Below, piece by piece: positions 59,908-64,000 of a stretch of 64,000 nt of DNA (positions are counted from its first letter, which is position 1; the number at the start of each line of letters is the position of its first letter). The DNA comes from a phage: the sequence record PV806337.1. The stretch is one strand, 5' to 3'. The notes under the pieces are model-generated. The model was not told the origin of the DNA, did no database searches, and saw only the letters and a program-made list of their open reading frames with translations. A program made the position numbers and the translations under genes.

Positions 59908-60462
59908 ATGATCGTACAAGAGGGGTGGACAAAAGAATCCGCACGTAATAGGTTTATCTATAATCCTCTTACTGGGGAGATTTTAAATAGAATTAACAGT
60001 GGTAGGGCTAAGAAAGGACAGATAGCCGGGTACCTAGACAAGTCTACTGGATATATTCGGGTAACATTGGCAGGAAAAAGAATGAAAGGACATCAGTTAG
60101 CCTTCTTATACATGGAAGGATATATACCTGATACTATAGATCACATCAACAGAATAAAATCTGATAATAGATGGTGTAATTTAAGGGAATCTTCACCCCA
60201 AGAGAATGCTAGAAATATTAAAGCAAGAAGTAAATCTGGTTATTTAGGGGTTGGGTGGCATAAGCCAAGTCAAAAATGGTGGGTATATACTAAAGATGTA
60301 AAAGGAGCGCAGATTAATGGTGGTTACTTTGATTATACGAAATTAGAGGAAGCAGTCAATAAAGCTAATGAACTCCGTCAGCAATTACATGGACATACTG
60401 CTATTTTAGAAGTTTTTAATCCTGATCAACCAATACCTACCATAGAGGAACTTAATAAATGA
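59908..60462 (+). CDS. HNH homing endonuclease
   Basis: 184 aa; IDHINRIKSDNRWCNL HNH motif; paralogous in motif to the HNH at 29689-30204; inserted between thyA and RNase H. Confidence 0.7.
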   Translation: MIVQEGWTKESARNRFIYNPLTGEILNRINSGRAKKGQIAGYLDKSTGYIRVTLAGKRMKGHQLAFLYMEGYIPDTIDHINRIKSDNRWCNLRESSPQENARNIKARSKSGYLGVGWHKPSQKWWVYTKDVKGAQINGGYFDYTKLEEAVNKANELRQQLHGHTAILEVFNPDQPIPTIEELNK

Positions 60463-60935
60463 GTGTTTTCCACATTTACACAGATGGTGCTTGTAAGTCT
60501 AACCCAGGTCCAGGTGCTTGGGGATTTATTGTCTATGATGATAACGATGATCGTTTAGGTTCTAAATCTGGATATAGTCCTAAAACTACAAATAATGAGA
60601 TGGAACTCACGGCTATTGTAGAGGCTCTACGTTGGTCAGTTAAAAAAGATAATAGACCAATTGTTATCTATACTGATTCTGCTTATTGCAAAAATGGTAT
60701 GGAAAGTTGGATGTTTTCTTGGCAAAGGAAAGGCTGGAAGAAAGCAGATGGTGAAGTTCCTCTTAATCTAGAACTTTGGCAGGAAGCATTTAAATTAACA
60801 CAGCAGTATATCAACTTTCATAATACTAACCCTACCTTTATTAAGGTTAAAGGACATTCTGGTATTAGTGGTAATGAAGCTGTAGACGCCTTATGTAACA
60901 CAGTTATTACTGAAGCTGAAATGGCTGAGATGTGA
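60459..60935 (+). CDS. rnh: ribonuclease H
   Basis: 158 aa; RNase H fold motifs (IYTDGAC, NNEMELTAIVEAL, IYTDSAY, …AVDALC). Confidence 0.8.
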   Translation: MSVFHIYTDGACKSNPGPGAWGFIVYDDNDDRLGSKSGYSPKTTNNEMELTAIVEALRWSVKKDNRPIVIYTDSAYCKNGMESWMFSWQRKGWKKADGEVPLNLELWQEAFKLTQQYINFHNTNPTFIKVKGHSGISGNEAVDALCNTVITEAEMAEM

Positions 60936-60956
60936 TAAATAAATTAAAAAATTTTC

Positions 60957-60985
60957 TTGCTTAAAGCCCTCTAATTTAGTATAAT
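60957..60985 (+). promoter_or_regulatory. T5-type sigma70 promoter
   Basis: TTGCTT, 17-bp spacer, TATAAT; flanked by 9-bp inverted repeat AAAGCCCTC / GAGGGCTTT (60963-61012). Confidence 0.7.
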
Positions 60986-61012
60986 ATTCGTATTGAAAGT
61001 GAGGAGGGCTTT

Positions 61013-61291
61013 ATGAGAATTTATAACTCAAATTCATTAGGATTTAAACCGTTGAGAAAACGTGCACAATCACCTCGTCAAATAAGAAAGGCTAATATTG
61101 GTGAGCCAGAAACACGTCTTCCACCTCCTCCGGAACAACGTTTAGTTTATCTGGATGAAGAATTAGCTGAACGCGAAAGAAAAGCTCAAGAAGAGATTGA
61201 GCGTAAGAAAATGTGTACTGCTCCAGCATATAATAAAGGAGCGTATCAATATGTTTCCGATGCAGAACAAGCCAAGATGGTTGGTAGATAA
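61013..61291 (+). CDS. hypothetical basic protein
   Basis: 92 aa; GAGGAGGG RBS; PPPP segment and charged helix. Confidence 0.5.
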   Translation: MRIYNSNSLGFKPLRKRAQSPRQIRKANIGEPETRLPPPPEQRLVYLDEELAERERKAQEEIERKKMCTAPAYNKGAYQYVSDAEQAKMVGR

Positions 61292-61307
61292 TTTTTAAAA
61301 AATTCAT

Positions 61308-61336
61308 TTGCTAAACGCTTCAAATTCTCGTATAAT
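61308..61336 (+). promoter_or_regulatory. T5-type sigma70 promoter
   Basis: TTGCTA, 17-bp spacer, TATAAT. Confidence 0.75.
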
Positions 61337-61374
61337 ATACTTCATAAATTGATAAACAAAAAGGAAAATAAATA

Positions 61375-61890
61375 ATGGCTAAGCAGAAAAACGCAAAAAC
61401 TCAAGCAGCCCCGGCAGTTAAAACTTTCCCTCAGACTGAGGCTAACCGCAAAGCTCGTCTGGAACGCCACCTGCGCAAGCACCCTACTGATGCTCAAGCT
61501 GCACAGGCACTGAATCGTCCGGCTCCGATTCGTCAAAAGCCGAAGGCTAAGAATACCACTCGTTCTGTAGTCCGCCTTGTGACCTATGTACAGGGTTATG
61601 GTCACAAATCTGTTCCAGTAGCACTGAGTTTCAATGCTGGAGCAGAATTGTTCCCTCGTAATGGCATGGCCATGAAAGATTACGAGAAAGCAGTTAACCA
61701 GAAACGCAAACCAACGGCAGATGTATTGCGTGATACTCGTGGACAGTTTGGTTCTGTTAAGCCAAATATCTTCGGTGTAGAGTATAGCAAAGATAATGTT
61801 CGTGCTCTATGTTACGGTGTAGGCATTAAGTTCACGGGTGATTCTGCTCGTAAATCTGCTAAACCAGCTCGTAAACGTAAAGCGAAGTAA
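61375..61890 (+). CDS. hypothetical highly basic protein (probably abundant)
   Basis: 171 aa; Lys/Arg-rich termini; strongly optimal codon usage (ctg, cgt, ccg); AAGGAAAA RBS. Confidence 0.6.
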   Translation: MAKQKNAKTQAAPAVKTFPQTEANRKARLERHLRKHPTDAQAAQALNRPAPIRQKPKAKNTTRSVVRLVTYVQGYGHKSVPVALSFNAGAELFPRNGMAMKDYEKAVNQKRKPTADVLRDTRGQFGSVKPNIFGVEYSKDNVRALCYGVGIKFTGDSARKSAKPARKRKAK

Positions 61891-61899
61891 TAGATAAAT

Positions 61900-61916
61900 A
61901 GGGGCAGAAGCCCCTA
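61900..61916 (+). other. GC hairpin after basic-protein gene (no T-tract)
   Basis: AGGGGC-agaa-GCCCCT; may be RNA stability element or weak terminator. Confidence 0.4.
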
Positions 61917-61954
61917 CAATCTACTAATTCTCTAACTAATCAAGGATATTTTTT

Positions 61955-62170
61955 ATGTTCTCTAAGAAACCACGTTCCGTTACTGAAATCGTTGCTTCCT
62001 TTACCACTATCACTGATGAGCTTCAAGCTCGTATTGAGGCTGATCAAAAAATTGCGGCGGATATTCAGAAACAGCAGGAAGAACTCGCTTTAAAGTTGGC
62101 TGAAACCAACAAGAGTGAAAAATCTGCCCAAACTATTATGGAAAATATCCTTAAACTGCTGGGCAAGTGA
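61955..62170 (+). CDS. hypothetical coiled-coil protein
   Basis: 71 aa; AAGGAT RBS. Confidence 0.5.
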   Translation: MFSKKPRSVTEIVASFTTITDELQARIEADQKIAADIQKQQEELALKLAETNKSEKSAQTIMENILKLLGK

Positions 62171-62179
62171 TTTAAATCA

Positions 62180-62201
62180 GGGGGCGAAAGCCCCTCTTAT
62201 T
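62180..62201 (+). terminator. putative rho-independent terminator
   Basis: GGGGGC-gaaa-GCCCCT hairpin followed by CTTATTT. Confidence 0.5.
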
Positions 62202-62211
62202 TGGAGAAACT

Positions 62212-62448
62212 ATGCGTAATTTTGTAGCAAAGAATGATTTTAACCGTGCTAGCACTCATAAGTCCGCTAGAGATTATACACGACTTTCTAGTCATGAGGT
62301 AATGGACACCTGTTATGAAGAGCTGGAAGGTAGCTGGAATGAATGGCCCGACTTCTCTATGGAAGAGAACTGGGATGTCAGTGAGGATATGCTTCCTGGC
62401 TTTAAAGACCCCAAGAAGTGGGAGTCTATTAAAGAGCTGTCTCTTTAA
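62212..62448 (+). CDS. hypothetical acidic Trp-rich protein
   Basis: 78 aa; GGAGAAAC RBS; acidic C-terminal half (EELEGSWNEWPDFSMEENWDVSEDM). Confidence 0.5.
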   Translation: MRNFVAKNDFNRASTHKSARDYTRLSSHEVMDTCYEELEGSWNEWPDFSMEENWDVSEDMLPGFKDPKKWESIKELSL

Positions 62449-62476
62449 TAGTTTTCTACACAATAAAGGATAAGTT

Positions 62477-63178
62477 ATGAAAGTAAAACCATTTGGTATG
62501 CTAGATATTGAATCTCTGGGAACTCCAGGAGATTGTGGTACTACTCATATCGCAATGCCTTCTTTCGCTTTTGTGGCTATGCATGGAATTGATAAAGACC
62601 CTGATCTAATATTTGTTACTTTGGATGTACAAGATCAGCTTAATTCTGGTGCCAAAGTTACAGCATCTACTCTAGCATTCTGGATGGATCAAGCTAAAAA
62701 TAGCCCGTCTGCTATCCACATTATGGAAGCTATGAAGGAACGTAATCCAAAACTGATTGCCTTCCAAAATGGTAAACATCATTGCACTAATAAACTCGGC
62801 TCTAACTATGCTGCCTACTCTATGGCTAAAAATATTATGGAGTTGGCTTTAGGCGAAAATGCTTTGTATTATGGAAACGGTCCAGAGTTTGATATGACTA
62901 TCTACTCTGCAAACACGTTCCATGCTGGAACCAATGAAGAGGTAGTTCCGTGGAAATTCTGGAATTTGGGTAATGTTCGATCTCTTCGTAACCTCTGGAT
63001 GCAGGCTGGATACAGTTATAAAGCTCTAGAGACCGAAGGTATTAGCTGGGCAATAGCTAAAATGGAGAAGATGGACACCATTCGTTATGGGATCTATCCG
63101 GTTAAGCACGACCCAGCATTTGATGCCTTAGTTGAGAGCTATTGTGTTGCAGCTATGATCGAAAAAATGAAAATTTGA
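62477..63178 (+). CDS. putative DEDDh-type 3'-5' exonuclease
   Basis: 233 aa; Exo I-like MLDIESLG, Exo II-like NGPEFDMTIY, Exo III-like HDPAFDA (H-x4-D). Confidence 0.5.
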   Translation: MKVKPFGMLDIESLGTPGDCGTTHIAMPSFAFVAMHGIDKDPDLIFVTLDVQDQLNSGAKVTASTLAFWMDQAKNSPSAIHIMEAMKERNPKLIAFQNGKHHCTNKLGSNYAAYSMAKNIMELALGENALYYGNGPEFDMTIYSANTFHAGTNEEVVPWKFWNLGNVRSLRNLWMQAGYSYKALETEGISWAIAKMEKMDTIRYGIYPVKHDPAFDALVESYCVAAMIEKMKI

Positions 63179-63179
63179 T

Positions 63180-63208
63180 TTGCTTCCGGCTCCAAAATTC
63201 TGTATAAT
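63180..63208 (+). promoter_or_regulatory. T5-type sigma70 promoter
   Basis: TTGCTT, 17-bp spacer, TATAAT, then ATATTCATAAATTTGAGAAAAC. Confidence 0.75.
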
Positions 63209-63248
63209 ATATTCATAAATTTGAGAAAACAATAAAAGGAAAACAAAT

Positions 63249-63431
63249 ATGCCAGTATCTAAAAATGTTCGTAAAAATGGTAAGAAAGCTACTCGTAATC
63301 TGGGTATCCGTCGTATGGCTGAACGTCAATCAGGTATCCAGAAAATCTTTGATCTGCTAAATCGTGCTAATCCTAAAATTGATAACAGTAACGATACTGT
63401 TCTGCGCACTCTGCTGGCAATTGGTCTGTAA
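63249..63431 (+). CDS. hypothetical small basic protein
   Basis: 60 aa; AAAGGAAAA RBS. Confidence 0.5.
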   Translation: MPVSKNVRKNGKKATRNLGIRRMAERQSGIQKIFDLLNRANPKIDNSNDTVLRTLLAIGL

Positions 63432-63484
63432 TAGACCAACTTTAAACAAATTCAAATCTCAAACTTCATATAAGGAAGCAAATA

Positions 63485-64000
63485 ATGACTACTCGTATCT
63501 CTAAAACTCGCGCTCTGGCAACTATCAAATCTCTGGAAGCTAAAATCCGTAAAGCTACTGAACAACAGCTTCTGATCGCTGTTGGTGAAGGTAAGGATAA
63601 AAATAAGGTTGTAGTTGGCGCTGCAATCGAAGTAGATGATTTATCTGAGCGTATTAAGACAGATTTCCAGTCCCTGCTGGATATGATGTCCCAGCGTGAT
63701 CGTATCAAAGCTGCTCTGATTAAGAGCAATGCAGAAACGATCGTTGAGATAGGCTCTCGTAAAATGACTGTTGCGGAAGCAATTGAAGCTAAGCGTTCTA
63801 TGGAACTTAAAGCCCAACTGCTGGCTAACATGCGTAAGCAGTTCCATGCCGCCACGGTTAAGTTTAATACGCAGAAAGCACAGTTTGATGCTAAATATGA
63901 GCGTTTGCAGGATAGCATGGCTACCCGTGATAAGAAAACTTCCGAAGATGAAGTTAAAATGCAGCTCAACCTGCTGGAACTCAAGAATACTCCATTCTTG
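63485..64000 (+). CDS. hypothetical protein, 3'-truncated by window edge (probably highly expressed)
   Basis: ATG 63485 after AAGGAAG RBS; frame open to last base (172 codons); optimal codon usage; not in ORF track because no stop; the antisense ORF 63466-63984 is therefore likely spurious. Confidence 0.6.
   Translation, partial: MTTRISKTRALATIKSLEAKIRKATEQQLLIAVGEGKDKNKVVVGAAIEVDDLSERIKTDFQSLLDMMSQRDRIKAALIKSNAETIVEIGSRKMTVAEAIEAKRSMELKAQLLANMRKQFHAATVKFNTQKAQFDAKYERLQDSMATRDKKTSEDEVKMQLNLLELKNTPFL

Noticed and set aside
63466-63984. 172-aa ORF on - strand
   Set aside because: Antisense to a + strand ORF (63485 to window end) that has an RBS and strong codon bias; the - strand product is low-complexity Ser/Leu/Ala-rich.
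1-64000. CRISPR array, integrase, transposase or prophage boundary
   Set aside because: No spaced direct-repeat array and no recombinase-like ORF; the organisation is that of a virulent phage genome throughout.

Overview
This window reads as a contiguous segment of a T5-like (Demerecviridae-type) virulent siphophage genome; that identification rests on gene order, protein lengths and motifs recalled from memory, since no database search was possible. Positions 1-25030 (+ strand) are the late structural module: terminase small and large subunits, an HNH endonuclease, portal, Ig-domain decoration protein, prohead protease, major capsid, head-tail joining proteins, tail tube, two chaperone-like ORFs, a 1227-aa tape measure, Dit, baseplate hub, pb4-like protein, collar protein and a bipartite L-shaped tail fibre locus. 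A bidirectional terminator at about 25034-25068 separates it from the convergent early module on the - strand (25092-53421): dUTPase, flap endonuclease, SbcCD-like nuclease, helicases, family A DNA polymerase, primase, a split NAD-dependent DNA ligase, anaerobic ribonucleotide reductase and an accessory cluster containing a Sir2-like gene. From 53749 the + strand carries phoH, nrdA, nrdB, DHFR, thyA, RNase H and an array of small early genes. About 25 consensus sigma70 promoters (TTGCTx -35, 17-18 bp spacer, TATAAT -10) and a dozen GC-hairpin terminators punctuate the early regions. No tRNA, rRNA, CRISPR array, integrase or transposase was found. The most unusual parts are the accessory island at 47723-50816, a roughly 620-bp untranslated leader at 47104-47722, the two-gene tail fibre locus, and four homing-endonuclease-like genes, one with a ribosome-binding-site-sequestering palindrome. 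Functions of many small ORFs are unknown.
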